This document shows, piece after piece, positions 13,959-24,043 of a stretch of 46,877 bases of DNA; the first letter of the stretch is position 1, and every line of letters begins with the position of its first letter. The stretch spans positions 1 to 46,877 of the IMG/VR virus record IMGVR_UViG_3300031949_000066. One strand, written 5' to 3'. Under the pieces are notes generated by a model, which had not been told where the DNA came from, did not search any database, and was given only the letters and a program-made list of their open reading frames with translations. Both the position numbers and the translations under genes were made by a program. This DNA comes from a virus. Taxonomy: Duplodnaviria > Caudoviricetes.

Positions 13959-16262
13959 ATGCCAGAAAAACAAGACATCCCATTTGCTAAGCTGCATGAG
14001 ATTTACCGCCAGAACATTACCTCTGGCATGGTAAAGTATCTGGCTGAAGAATTACAGGTGTCAACCGAGGCACTGACGGCTCTTGGCATAGGGTACTACT
14101 ATGCTAAGGCCGCCTTTACTTTTCCTGAGCGTGATGTCGAAGGCAACATTATAGGTATCGCTTACCGCTATGTCAGCGGTAAAAAGGGATGTGAGCCTGG
14201 CTCGAAACGCGGGCTTACCTACATCCTGAATCCAAATTATTTCTCTGGTCAGAAACGCTATCAGACTGGTTCGCACAACTGGTATAAGCTGCAAGAAAAT
14301 GGTGGCATATCATGCCCTATTTGCGGCAAAGACCACTGGTGCATGGTGTCAGTGTCCGACGTAAATAACCCCCCGGCTGTGTGCTGCACCAGGAAACAGG
14401 TAGGTTCTGTCGCTGAACTCGGAATGGGGTGGCTCCATATCCTTCGTCCTGAAGGGGACTTACGGCAGGCGAACCAAACCGTTCTGCCGAAGTCTGACTT
14501 CCCGATACTCTGTCTCGAAGGTATGTCCGACGTCGCCGCTGCGTTTGATTTTAATATGGTCGGTATCGGACGGCCGGCAGCGTCCGCGGGGTTGAAGCTC
14601 TTACAGAATTTACCGCTCGCCGGCCGTGAGATTATCGTAGTCGGGGAGCGTGATGCAGGGGCGGGTGAAGTTGGTATGGAAGCCGCGTTCCGCGTACTGC
14701 GTGGCGTGACCCCGCATATTAAAAAGGTTATGCCGCCTGAAGGTGTGAAGGATTTCCGGGCGTGGAAAAACTCTGGCCTGACCCGTGAAGAGTTCTTAAA
14801 CTTCTCCGATAAAAACTCTGACGCTTTAATGAAGGGCGATGTATTTGAAGACGACGTTGCCGCTACGATAGCGAAGGCGTGGGTACAAACCCAATCACAG
14901 AATGGACTCCCATTAGTCCGTAATTTCCAGGGTGGATGGGTAAAATTCAAGGGCACACACTACACTCTGATAGAAGACGTACAATTACGTGGCGAACTTT
15001 ATGCCTATCTGGAAGGCAAATTTTATCAGAGCAAGGCGACAAACGGCAGTATAGAAATTAAACCTTATAAGTCTTCACGGGCAAAGATTAGCGATATTAT
15101 GGACGCCCTTAGTCAGTGGTGCCCGATACAGACATCGCCCCCGTCTTGGCTGGTCGGCGGTAAACGCCCGCTGCCTAAAGATGTTATAGTATTCCAGAAC
15201 GGTATCCTGGACCTGAACGAGTTTACGCATGGCCGTATAAAAATGATGGACCCTACGCCGGAATACTTTTCGTTCAACGCCCTGCCGTATAATTTCGACG
15301 AGAACGCACAGTCGAAAGACTGGAATGATTTTTTAACCGGGGTATTCCTGGACCCGACACAAGCTGAACTCCTGGCGGAGTGGATGGGTTATCTGTGCGT
15401 ACCTGACATAACGTATGAAAAACTTATGGTATTCGTGGGCCGTCCGCGGTCTGGCAAGGGCACTACCCTGGATACTATACGCTCGATGTTAGGGCGTGAA
15501 CAGTGTGCAGAAACCAGCTTCCAAAGTTTAGTTGGGTCGTTTGGATTTCAGCCTTTAATAGATAAACTCGCTGCGATTATCGGTGACGCTAAATCCCCCC
15601 GTGCTTCTGAAGCGGATGCAGCGTTAGAAAAAATCCTACAGATTACAGGTGGCGACCCCATCACAGCGAACAAAAAATATGTAAGCCAACTTCCTTCAGT
15701 GCAATTAGTATGCCGGTTTACGTTTGCGATGAACGACTTACCTGTGTTCAGTGACTTCTCCCGTGCGTTAGAGGCCAGGTTGAATCTCCTTGAATTCGAC
15801 CAGTCATTTATCGGCCGTGAAGACCGTGGTTTAAAACAGCGACTTCGTTCTGAAGCAAGCCGGGGCAAGCTAATTATGTTTGCTCTGGACGGACTGAAGA
15901 GACTGCGGCAAAATAATTGTTTCACTGAACCCCAGTCGTCCGTAGATTTGTTACGCTCGTATCAGGATTTATCTGTACCTTCGATAGCATTTGGAAACGA
16001 GTGTCTTATCGTAGAGAACGACAGGTCGAAGTGGAAGCCCGGCATGTGGGTAGAGAAGGGGCAACTCTATGACTTATGGCATGGATGGTGTAAGGACCGG
16101 GGGCAGAAGGCGGGGGCACGGGAACAGTTTGGAAGGTGGTTTATACAGGCGTACCCGGAAGTATGCTCTGAACGTAGAAGGATTCAGTCAGAAAGAATGT
16201 ACGGCTATGCGGGCGTGATGATGCGGCCGGATGCGATAGCGAGATACGGAAGGAAAATCTGA
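13959..16262 (+). CDS. Primase-helicase (Zn finger, TOPRIM, D5/P4-type SF3 helicase)
   Basis: CPICGKDHWC; LEGMSD; ERDAGAG; KDFR; FQNGILDL; GRPRSGKGT; ITGGDPI; FAMNDLP. Confidence 0.92.
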   Translation: MPEKQDIPFAKLHEIYRQNITSGMVKYLAEELQVSTEALTALGIGYYYAKAAFTFPERDVEGNIIGIAYRYVSGKKGCEPGSKRGLTYILNPNYFSGQKRYQTGSHNWYKLQENGGISCPICGKDHWCMVSVSDVNNPPAVCCTRKQVGSVAELGMGWLHILRPEGDLRQANQTVLPKSDFPILCLEGMSDVAAAFDFNMVGIGRPAASAGLKLLQNLPLAGREIIVVGERDAGAGEVGMEAAFRVLRGVTPHIKKVMPPEGVKDFRAWKNSGLTREEFLNFSDKNSDALMKGDVFEDDVAATIAKAWVQTQSQNGLPLVRNFQGGWVKFKGTHYTLIEDVQLRGELYAYLEGKFYQSKATNGSIEIKPYKSSRAKISDIMDALSQWCPIQTSPPSWLVGGKRPLPKDVIVFQNGILDLNEFTHGRIKMMDPTPEYFSFNALPYNFDENAQSKDWNDFLTGVFLDPTQAELLAEWMGYLCVPDITYEKLMVFVGRPRSGKGTTLDTIRSMLGREQCAETSFQSLVGSFGFQPLIDKLAAIIGDAKSPRASEADAALEKILQITGGDPITANKKYVSQLPSVQLVCRFTFAMNDLPVFSDFSRALEARLNLLEFDQSFIGREDRGLKQRLRSEASRGKLIMFALDGLKRLRQNNCFTEPQSSVDLLRSYQDLSVPSIAFGNECLIVENDRSKWKPGMWVEKGQLYDLWHGWCKDRGQKAGAREQFGRWFIQAYPEVCSERRRIQSERMYGYAGVMMRPDAIARYGRKI

Positions 16263-16486
16263 TGACACGGAGTAAACGCCATCCGATTTTCGTTATCAGT
16301 CCGAAGATAGATAAAGACCAGGCTCATAAAACTGTGCGGCATTTTATAAAGTCCGAGCTAAATAAAAAAGAAGACGCTGATGAATGTAAGATAGAGTTCG
16401 ATACGCGGGATTTGGGCGAAGAAGAGTGGGGCACTAAGATAGAACCATATACTCCTGAACAGATTAAGAAAGCGAGTAGGAAATGA
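16262..16486 (+). CDS. Hypothetical protein
   Basis: TGATG and ATGA coupling. Confidence 0.65.
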   Translation: MTRSKRHPIFVISPKIDKDQAHKTVRHFIKSELNKKEDADECKIEFDTRDLGEEEWGTKIEPYTPEQIKKASRK

Positions 16487-17457
16487 ACTTCCAACGGTAC
16501 CAACACGTAGAAAAACTTGGAACAGCAGAGACAGATGGAATCCTGTTAGGGACCTGTTACATATTTCCTAAGCTCGACGGGGCGAACGCGAGCATTTGGA
16601 AATCTGAAGACGGCAAGCTCTGTGTAGGAAGTCGGAACCAGGAGATTACTGGAAGCGACGCCCTGAAAGGGCTTTACGAATACGCCTGTACCCACACAGG
16701 GACACAGAAGTATCTTGCTGACCATCCCGAACGTCGGCTGTATGGCGAGTGGTTAATCCCGCACACGATTAAGGATTACCGCGACGACGTATGGAAAAAG
16801 TTCTATGTATTTGATATCGTGGACAAGGACGGTAACTACTATACCTATGATACGATTGGCGTAGACGCGGCGTTTTATGGGTTTAATTTTATACCTTGTC
16901 TCGCTTCTATTAAAAACCCGTCTACGGAGCAGCTTATGAAGCTGGTCGAAACCAACGACTATCTGATGAAGGACGGCAGCATAGGCGAAGGTATCGTAAT
17001 TAAAAACTACGATTTCGTAAACCGCTACGGCCGTGTGACTTGGGCTAAAATCGTAAGGTCCGAGTTTAAAGATAAGAACAGGCAGGTATTCGAGCGGCGT
17101 TTACAGAACGGGCCTGACCGTGTGGAATTTAAAATCGCTGAAGAGCCAGCCCTGCGTACCATAGCGGAAAAGGTTTATGCTAATATGCTCTACGAATGGC
17201 CTACGATTAACTTAACCTTTAACCCAAAGAAAATCCCTCAGTTACTTGGCATCGTCTGGCACGACTTCGTGACCGAAGAACTCTGGGGCTGGATGAAGAA
17301 GTATAAAAACCCTACCATAGATTTTAAGGTGCTCGGCAAATTAGTTACCGAGAGAACAAAAACTTATTTACCAGGAGTATTCGGATGCTGCTCTACCACA
17401 ACCCCAGAATCTACCTCTTTATTGGATGGAGATACTTCAGGCCCCACTTCAGCGTAA
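16483..17457 (+). CDS. ATP-dependent RNA ligase, Rnl2-like
   Basis: Motif I PKLDGAN, GSRN, LYGEW, FYVFDI, EGIVIKN, AKIV. Confidence 0.88.
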   Translation: MNFQRYQHVEKLGTAETDGILLGTCYIFPKLDGANASIWKSEDGKLCVGSRNQEITGSDALKGLYEYACTHTGTQKYLADHPERRLYGEWLIPHTIKDYRDDVWKKFYVFDIVDKDGNYYTYDTIGVDAAFYGFNFIPCLASIKNPSTEQLMKLVETNDYLMKDGSIGEGIVIKNYDFVNRYGRVTWAKIVRSEFKDKNRQVFERRLQNGPDRVEFKIAEEPALRTIAEKVYANMLYEWPTINLTFNPKKIPQLLGIVWHDFVTEELWGWMKKYKNPTIDFKVLGKLVTERTKTYLPGVFGCCSTTTPESTSLLDGDTSGPTSA

Positions 17458-17570
17458 GGCAAGTGTGGGGTCGTGACCCGGAGAAACTGTGCGACGTGTA
17501 CAGCCGGACGTTTTACATAGCGTTCTTAGGAATATTCTGGTGGTCAATACACCCACTGAAAGGAAAATAA
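17385..17570 (+). CDS. Small aromatic/hydrophobic protein
   Basis: AGGAG RBS; ends just before the next ATG. Confidence 0.55.
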   Translation: MLLYHNPRIYLFIGWRYFRPHFSVRQVWGRDPEKLCDVYSRTFYIAFLGIFWWSIHPLKGK

Positions 17571-17571
17571 G

Positions 17572-17838
17572 ATGATAGAGATACGAAGACGCGGCAAAGA
17601 TTTAGAAGTCGGCATAGATAGCGGGCTACCAAATGACAACGGTAGCGGGGATACTACTTACCTCTTGCGATGGGCGTGTGTGGATACCCAATATGCGTCA
17701 TTGCTTGCGGACAGATTGAATGAGCGGTTGCGTAGTTTAATGGGGCGGGTCCGTAGAAACGCCTATACTGCCGGGTATAAAGACGGCCGTGCGAAGCGAA
17801 TGAAACAAACCAGCTTCAGAAGCGGGATGACAGAATAA
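17572..17838 (+). CDS. Hypothetical protein
   Basis: AAGGA RBS; AYTAGYKDG motif. Confidence 0.7.
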   Translation: MIEIRRRGKDLEVGIDSGLPNDNGSGDTTYLLRWACVDTQYASLLADRLNERLRSLMGRVRRNAYTAGYKDGRAKRMKQTSFRSGMTE

Positions 17839-18143
17839 TGCCTAAGCCTATCTTCTTAACTAAGCATCATCTGCTATCCTGGCTGTATGAGAACACCCGC
17901 TACCATGCGGTACGCCGGGCTATGGACGAAGGTAAGATTAAAAACCTGGGGTGTTTTAGCGAGGTGTCGGGCAGCCGGTACCCGGGGTGGATTATCCAGA
18001 TAACTTCTCTCTCTGGGAAGGTGTATTACGTAGCGATAATTAGCGACAACGATTTAATGGAAAACCGAGCCTACGATTTAGTTTCGTTAGACGGGTGTAA
18101 ATATCAAGGCGGTGAGTCAGAACTTTACAAGGGTGATTTATGA
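17838..18143 (+). CDS. Hypothetical protein
   Basis: TAATG coupling. Confidence 0.7.
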   Translation: MPKPIFLTKHHLLSWLYENTRYHAVRRAMDEGKIKNLGCFSEVSGSRYPGWIIQITSLSGKVYYVAIISDNDLMENRAYDLVSLDGCKYQGGESELYKGDL

Positions 18144-18358
18144 AACAAGGACCAGAGTATTTTAGAATCGGAGTAGTGCCTGCTATCGTGAAAAACATGA
18201 TAGGAATTAAAATCAGCCGGCAGACTGTGTACAACTGGATACAGCTTGGGAAGGTAAACTCCCAGGGCCAGGTGGAAAAACTTAAAGCGTATTCTCGCTG
18301 TGGCGGGTGGTACACCACGACCCCGGACATCGAGAAGTTTTTAAGGAGTATCGGATGA
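18140..18358 (+). CDS. Xis/AlpA/MerR-like winged-HTH DNA-binding protein
   Basis: ISRQTVYNWIQLG...LKA...GGWYTT..DIEKFL. Confidence 0.75.
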   Translation: MKQGPEYFRIGVVPAIVKNMIGIKISRQTVYNWIQLGKVNSQGQVEKLKAYSRCGGWYTTTPDIEKFLRSIG

Positions 18359-18699
18359 AAGCCGCAACGCACTTAGCCGGGGTAATACACGCTACACATA
18401 CTAACCTCTTCCTCGATTTAATAGAGGGCGAGCAGTATTACAAGGCGATTAAAACAATCGTCTTCGGGCACGGCCCTCTCTGGGTGGTGTGCAAAGGGGC
18501 ATTGTTCGTGATGCCCTGGCACCAGGTCAAGACAGAGTTCGAGCGGGTCGTGAACTGGTACATGGTCGAAAACCCCTTCGTGGAACGGCCTAAGTTTAGC
18601 ATCAAGGTAAACCCCAAGCCACTCGGCAACGCCGAATTGCTTACGGACCTTTATGTTGATACAGAAGATTTAGACCAAACAAAATCAATGAAACGGTAG
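18355..18699 (+). CDS. Hypothetical protein, last gene of the + strand block
   Basis: ATGA coupling at 18355. Confidence 0.6.
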   Translation: MKAATHLAGVIHATHTNLFLDLIEGEQYYKAIKTIVFGHGPLWVVCKGALFVMPWHQVKTEFERVVNWYMVENPFVERPKFSIKVNPKPLGNAELLTDLYVDTEDLDQTKSMKR

Positions 18700-18826
18700 C
18701 CGTACAGGACGCAGCAATTAGCAAGTTGCGGACTGTACGGTGCTGGGTAAGATGTTTACCAAGCTCGTCTTTAATCCAACGGACGTCTGTACAAAGCTCG
18801 ATTAGTAAATCTCTATCCGTTTTCAT
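18641..18826 (-). CDS. Small protein with coiled coil and C-terminal transmembrane helix, last late gene
   Basis: GAGGT RBS; LLIAASCTATVSLILFGLNLL hydrophobic helix. Confidence 0.65.
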   Translation of the reverse strand: MKTDRDLLIELCTDVRWIKDELGKHLTQHRTVRNLLIAASCTATVSLILFGLNLLYQHKGP

Positions 18827-18827
18827 G

Positions 18828-21800
18828 CTACCTCGCCCTTCTCGAAACTGGTGCTTGTGTATCTTCATTGTCGTTAAACTGTGTCCCGTATTTTGTCAAC
18901 GACCAGTCAGTCCAGATTAGTTGTCGTAAATCTGTAGTCTTTCCAGTTGCTAAGTCGTATGCCCCGGTTGCGGTCGTGATAGCTTGTGACGGTATTTTAC
19001 CCGTCAACGCTCCAACCGCTTTAGCCCCGTGCTTTAAAGTCTGTCCTGGCTTGCCATCGAGTGCGGCCTGTACTGTCTTTTCCAATTCTACCCATCCGAG
19101 TTCTTCAGGGCCACTTGCTCCACCAGCAAAACCCTGGATAGCGTTGTAAACTACACGACCACCCAGGAACATCGGGCCGAGGACATAAGTTGCTTCATCG
19201 AACGCAACTTCCTTCCAATTCTTTTGAAGCCTTCCCCTGCCTATAATTCCGAAGATTAGAGCCGGGATAATGTACGTCAGCATTAAACGATACGCCACGT
19301 CGGTTTTATTTATCTTGCCCTGTTTGTACGCTTCCAGAATATCGTGTGACCAGAAATTCCACTTCGTGCTATCTTCGTTCTGGAACGTGGTCAGCAATTT
19401 TTCTAATGTGCCACCCCTGAAGAAATCAGATAGGTAGGTTACGTTGCCCATAGACTGAGTACGGCCAATCCAGTCATCAGCAAACTCGACCGCAGCTTTC
19501 TCGGAACCGTCCAGGCCAAATTTTTTAATTACGGCCGGGCTATTTAAAGCTGAATCGTACAGAGCGTTCCACGCTATAACCGCAGTTCGCGTATCGGCCC
19601 AACGCATCCACGCCATCGCTTCGTTAGAAAATGCTCGCTTGTATTGTAATCTCTGAGCCGGTGACAGCCGGGTATTTATATAGTCTGATAATCGTTCCAT
19701 ACTCCTATGCCGCATGAGCACAGACTTCGAGAATGCGGTATTTCGTAATCGGCGGAAATATCCCGGCCGTGCGAAGTTCATAAAATGCTGTGCGACCCTG
19801 GCCCCGACGCTCGGATGTACCGCTGCGGCGGTAGGAGCAGATAGGAATTGTCGAAGAATAGATGGAAGTTTCCAGCCCATAGAGAACTGTACCCCGGCCT
19901 GTCGAAAAAATAGAATTGTTTTTCCAAGCCAACGTGTGCTTTCAGACGTATAGCCAAGCGACGAGTCTCTAAGCCACTTCGTTAAAATATCTGAACCCGT
20001 GTTGTGCGTTATTTTATTAAGCGTTCGTTTAAAATTCCGGTTGTTTAAAATCCCGCCTACCTGCTGGGCGACCGGACCCATGTGGATAAACTGTTCCAGC
20101 CTATCGACGTGGTGTAAATAATTTGCCATCGCGTCCAGTCGGATAGGTTGTTTTGCTCCCTTTTTACGGGCAACGGTTTCACCAGGTTCAGAAACTACGC
20201 CTGGCTGCCGTTGCAAATCCAGGAGTGCGGATAAGAAATCCTGCTGTTGTTCGAGTTCGACTTCAGACAGGTACATCGAGAAATAATTATCCTGCTCTGT
20301 AAGTTCCCGCCCTAAAGCCAGAATAGAAGCCTGATTCACACGGTCGAAGTTCTCCGCCATGTCCTGTAAAATCCACTCGCCCATAGCCCGTTCCTGCGGC
20401 GTAACGGTTTCCAGCACTCGGATTAACGCTACCTGTGGGTCCGGGAAGTTCGCGAAATTACCGCCGAGTAAGTGAGCGAGCGAGTCTTTGTTCTTAGAAT
20501 AGACGTAAACTCCAACACGTTCTGCCGGCGAGAGTTTAATTCCTTCGCCCAGGTCTTGTTCTTTTCCTGTAAGGAACTGCGTGAAGCCATCAGGACCACC
20601 GAATATGGATTCTCCAGCGTTCTTAAATTTCTGTATCCGTTCATGTTTTGCATCCGCCGCGTTGTTGCTGGCATCACGTACTTTTTTCCAGATGGTATTA
20701 TACAGGGCACCTTTTGTCATGCCGTCAAGTTGTTCTATAAAGCGGTCGATATGCCATTGGCGGTCAATAAAATTATGAACCGCTTCGTTTATCTGGGTAA
20801 TAAGTTTACGTAAACCCTGTTCCCGCCTACCTTTAACTTCAGGTTTTTCTGTCGGGGCACCATGTACTTCGTTCAGCCTGGCCGTGAGTTCGTCAGCGGT
20901 AGCAGTAATTAGGCCCTTAGCCTGAGCTTCGCGGGTAAGATATTCGTCCACGACTTGAGCTTCGTCCTTCGTCATCATGCGAAGAGAACGCTTGCCTGTA
21001 AGCTGTTCCTGGATGTCACGGCGTTTTTCTGTGCCGTACCCCAAGTTTTTAGCGATAGCATTTATCCGTATTTTCTGCTGGTCCGTAGCCGGGTTCGCAG
21101 GTTTAGCGGGCTTCGGTGGTTTGCTGCCAGGGCGTTTTGCTTCTTCGGCTGGTGGTACGTTTTCTGTAATCGCCGGTATCTTCGTATCGAAATCTATCGG
21201 TATAGAGAACTTAACTGGTTTCCCAGCGATATTTATTTTCGTATAAAAATCTTCCTGTTTTCCACTGAAATCTATTTTAGTTTTATCGGACGGATTTATA
21301 GAACCATCCTGGTACACTAAACCCTTCGGAGTCAGGACGCTTTGCTGCCCGTACTGTTTACCATACGCAAGGGCTTCAGCGTCAGACATGTTAGGTACAA
21401 TAAAACGGTTCTCTGGCAAACCGCCGTAATGCCCTTCCACTGGGATAGGCTCGTACCCATCCTGACGAAGTTGTTCAAACATAGCGGCGTTAGCAGCCTT
21501 GTTCGCTTCCGGCGTTGCAGCCTGAGCGTTAGGATTTTCCGCTGTAAGGATAGCGTACTGGCCTGTGACCAGCGGGGAAGTCTCCGGGTCTGTGAAGGAC
21601 TCAACGGACTCATAAGTCTCGCCCGGTTCGGTCGTGACTTGCGGGGGGTCTTGCGGGGCAACTTGCGTGGTAGGTTCAGCAACCACTTCCGATGTGGGTT
21701 CTCCTACCAGCGGAACAGGCGGTTTCCCGGCGTCGTTTAAATCTCCGAGCAGAGGAACAGCCGCAGGAGCCGGGGCTACCTGTGCCGCAGCTTCCACAGT

Positions 21801-22835
21801 CGGGCCAGCAGCCGGGGGTTTTACGGCAGCGGCAGCACCGCCACCCATCAGGAAACCCGCAGACATGGACTCGAACCAACCGTTCATAAGATTCCCCCAC
21901 TCGATTTTTAAAGCGGGGATAGCAGTTTTTTTATCCTGGGGTTTATAAGTCTCAGCAAAATGCTGGATATAATTATTACCCATCTGAGCGAATAGTTCCT
22001 GGGCTGACTCCAAAGAACCTACCTTTAGGAACCGCTTCAGGAAATTCTTAGCAGGGCCTTTTAGGAGTTCATCGAAAGGTAATTTCTCTGTCGCTGCTTC
22101 CCAGGCACCTGACATCAGAGCCGCGGTACTGGCAACTTCCTGGTCTATGTTTTTATCCCGGAGTTCGCCGTACGTCTGTGTGGCCTGGAAGCCACCCAGC
22201 AGGGCCAGGGGGACGTGCGGGTTCTTCAGGAGCATACCAGCGGCCACGGCCGATGCGAACGAAGGGGCGGATTCTGCGGTAGCGACAAGGGCTTTCTCAA
22301 AGGGTAGCGTGGTCCAGCCCATATTTTGAGCCTTGCGGAACTCTGGCGTTGGGACAAGGATATCACCTTCTATACCCTTTTGGTAGTAATCCACTACCTT
22401 CTGGCCTACTTTTTTCGCCGCATTTCTGGCCCAGATGTCCAGGTTTTTATGCCACTCTGGACGAAGTTTATCTGCAATATCGCCTACGTATTCCCCGGCT
22501 TTCCGGCCGGCAACTGGAATCGGAATAAGTTTACTCGCTATTTCACCGGCCGATTTTCTAAAACTGGTCGCACCATCAGAACCAGTACCAGTCTCAGCCG
22601 CCCATTGAATTGCCCGGCCAACACCCTGTAACATCGTAGAAAATCCACGGCCAGTAGCCTTCGCTACGTTGGTCACAGTTTCGCCAACGCCACCCTTCGG
22701 CGGAGCGACAGGCTCTTCCACAGAGAACTTAACTGTGGACTCATACTTCGACGGCTGGTTAGGCTCGAAACCTTCAGGTATTCCTACCTGCGGGTATTGC
22801 GAAACAGGTTCTTCAATTGAGAAACTAACGGGCAT
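18828..22835 (-). CDS. Large internal virion (ejection) protein carrying a SAM-lyase-like domain
   Basis: 1335 aa, Ala/Gly-rich and helical, at the end of the podovirus-like virion operon; globular insert at about aa 425-550 between Pro-rich linkers. Confidence 0.75.
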   Translation of the reverse strand: MPVSFSIEEPVSQYPQVGIPEGFEPNQPSKYESTVKFSVEEPVAPPKGGVGETVTNVAKATGRGFSTMLQGVGRAIQWAAETGTGSDGATSFRKSAGEIASKLIPIPVAGRKAGEYVGDIADKLRPEWHKNLDIWARNAAKKVGQKVVDYYQKGIEGDILVPTPEFRKAQNMGWTTLPFEKALVATAESAPSFASAVAAGMLLKNPHVPLALLGGFQATQTYGELRDKNIDQEVASTAALMSGAWEAATEKLPFDELLKGPAKNFLKRFLKVGSLESAQELFAQMGNNYIQHFAETYKPQDKKTAIPALKIEWGNLMNGWFESMSAGFLMGGGAAAAVKPPAAGPTVEAAAQVAPAPAAVPLLGDLNDAGKPPVPLVGEPTSEVVAEPTTQVAPQDPPQVTTEPGETYESVESFTDPETSPLVTGQYAILTAENPNAQAATPEANKAANAAMFEQLRQDGYEPIPVEGHYGGLPENRFIVPNMSDAEALAYGKQYGQQSVLTPKGLVYQDGSINPSDKTKIDFSGKQEDFYTKINIAGKPVKFSIPIDFDTKIPAITENVPPAEEAKRPGSKPPKPAKPANPATDQQKIRINAIAKNLGYGTEKRRDIQEQLTGKRSLRMMTKDEAQVVDEYLTREAQAKGLITATADELTARLNEVHGAPTEKPEVKGRREQGLRKLITQINEAVHNFIDRQWHIDRFIEQLDGMTKGALYNTIWKKVRDASNNAADAKHERIQKFKNAGESIFGGPDGFTQFLTGKEQDLGEGIKLSPAERVGVYVYSKNKDSLAHLLGGNFANFPDPQVALIRVLETVTPQERAMGEWILQDMAENFDRVNQASILALGRELTEQDNYFSMYLSEVELEQQQDFLSALLDLQRQPGVVSEPGETVARKKGAKQPIRLDAMANYLHHVDRLEQFIHMGPVAQQVGGILNNRNFKRTLNKITHNTGSDILTKWLRDSSLGYTSESTRWLGKTILFFRQAGVQFSMGWKLPSILRQFLSAPTAAAVHPSVGARVAQHFMNFARPGYFRRLRNTAFSKSVLMRHRSMERLSDYINTRLSPAQRLQYKRAFSNEAMAWMRWADTRTAVIAWNALYDSALNSPAVIKKFGLDGSEKAAVEFADDWIGRTQSMGNVTYLSDFFRGGTLEKLLTTFQNEDSTKWNFWSHDILEAYKQGKINKTDVAYRLMLTYIIPALIFGIIGRGRLQKNWKEVAFDEATYVLGPMFLGGRVVYNAIQGFAGGASGPEELGWVELEKTVQAALDGKPGQTLKHGAKAVGALTGKIPSQAITTATGAYDLATGKTTDLRQLIWTDWSLTKYGTQFNDNEDTQAPVSRRAR

Positions 22836-23653
22836 TAGATTTCCTTCCAGCCTTCAGATAAAGCTGTAGTTCGTTGCTGCAACCATTCAGTTTTAGGTAC
22901 GCTTACCTGTGACCCATCAGGCCGTGTCACCGTGATTTTTTCAGGTGCGGGCTTCGACGCCTGAACTTGTTGGACAAACGGGGAAGTCTTGGGCGTTCCA
23001 GCCATAGGAGTTCCGGGCAATACAGCCGCGGCCGCTGCTTTAGAAATCGAACCCTTTGCTCGGAGTGCTGAGATTTCAGGAGACTTCGGATTCCAGCGAT
23101 AGCGTTTATCTGCGGCGAGCATGTCATCCCACTGTATATCGAGTTGTTTCTGCTGCACCGGGGGCCGTGCGTCATAGCCGACGAAATCTCTCCACGCCTG
23201 GTACTGCTTAATTAAATCAGGTTGCTCAAAGCGATTCTCTGAGAGTGGATTCCATCGCCCTTGTTCAGGAGCGGCACCTGCAAATTGTGAAACTGAACCA
23301 GTCATGGATTTGGCGTTTAACGACCCAGGAGACAGGGGTGTGTTCCTCGACTCTGGCTGGAACATAGCCTGAGCAGTTTCCGTGGGTAAAATCATTTTCC
23401 ACATCGCCCGGTCCGCGTCTTCCTGCGGGATTAGGCCGGCCTGGGCAAGCTGAGAAATCTGGTCGAACTGAGACCCCTGAGCGTAAATATCTTTTTTACG
23501 CTTATCGAATTCACCCTGTAGCTGCTGAATTTGTTTAGCGTAATTCTCCGGGTCACTCTTAGGGATAGAGTCCCCCTTAGCTTTATACTCTTCCCGTAAC
23601 TTTGCAAACTGGTCCTGCAAAATCATCTGCGGTGTGAGGGTAGGCATTGGCAT
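22835..23653 (-). CDS. Putative internal virion protein (Gln/Pro-rich)
   Basis: Position and composition; TAATG coupling. Confidence 0.65.
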   Translation of the reverse strand: MPMPTLTPQMILQDQFAKLREEYKAKGDSIPKSDPENYAKQIQQLQGEFDKRKKDIYAQGSQFDQISQLAQAGLIPQEDADRAMWKMILPTETAQAMFQPESRNTPLSPGSLNAKSMTGSVSQFAGAAPEQGRWNPLSENRFEQPDLIKQYQAWRDFVGYDARPPVQQKQLDIQWDDMLAADKRYRWNPKSPEISALRAKGSISKAAAAAVLPGTPMAGTPKTSPFVQQVQASKPAPEKITVTRPDGSQVSVPKTEWLQQRTTALSEGWKEI

Positions 23654-23814
23654 TATTTCTGCTCCTGTTCCCTTCGCTGAAGTTCGGCGTTAATCATAAG
23701 AATCGATTGTTCACTCTGACGGATAGTGAGGTAGTGTTGGTTCAAGGCCAGAGCGAGTTGCTCAGTTTTAACTGATTTAATGTCCTGTGGTTTTTGTCCC
23801 TGTTTCGGCTTCAT
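23653..23814 (-). CDS. Small coiled-coil protein (53 aa)
   Basis: Translated by hand; AAGGA RBS; TAATG coupling. Confidence 0.6.
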   Translation of the reverse strand: MKPKQGQKPQDIKSVKTEQLALALNQHYLTIRQSEQSILMINAELQRREQEQK

Positions 23815-23822
23815 AGTATTCC

Positions 23823-24032
23823 TTAAAGAGTAATAATCTCAACCCATCCATTTTCAGCAATACTTTTAATGGTAGTATAGGTCAGCGGCTCACCGGCACC
23901 ACTTGGTTGCTCTGGACCAACCAGCATAATTTTATCCGCTTTTGCTATAGCATCACTAAAATCATCAGCAAGATAGGATATACCTACACTCCCACCATTA
24001 CTCAACCCTAAAACAACGAGATAAATTTTCAT
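23823..24032 (-). CDS. Hypothetical protein downstream of the tail fibre
   Basis: AAGGGA RBS. Confidence 0.6.
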   Translation of the reverse strand: MKIYLVVLGLSNGGSVGISYLADDFSDAIAKADKIMLVGPEQPSGAGEPLTYTTIKSIAENGWVEIITL

Positions 24033-24043
24033 GTCGTTCCCTT

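Noticed and set aside
10094-15925. Several long - strand ORFs (10094-10903, 12312-12803, 14261-14956, 15548-15925)
   Set aside because: Antisense shadows of well-supported + strand genes
18140-18358. Excisionase implying a temperate lifestyle
   Set aside because: No integrase, CI-like repressor or partition genes were recognised
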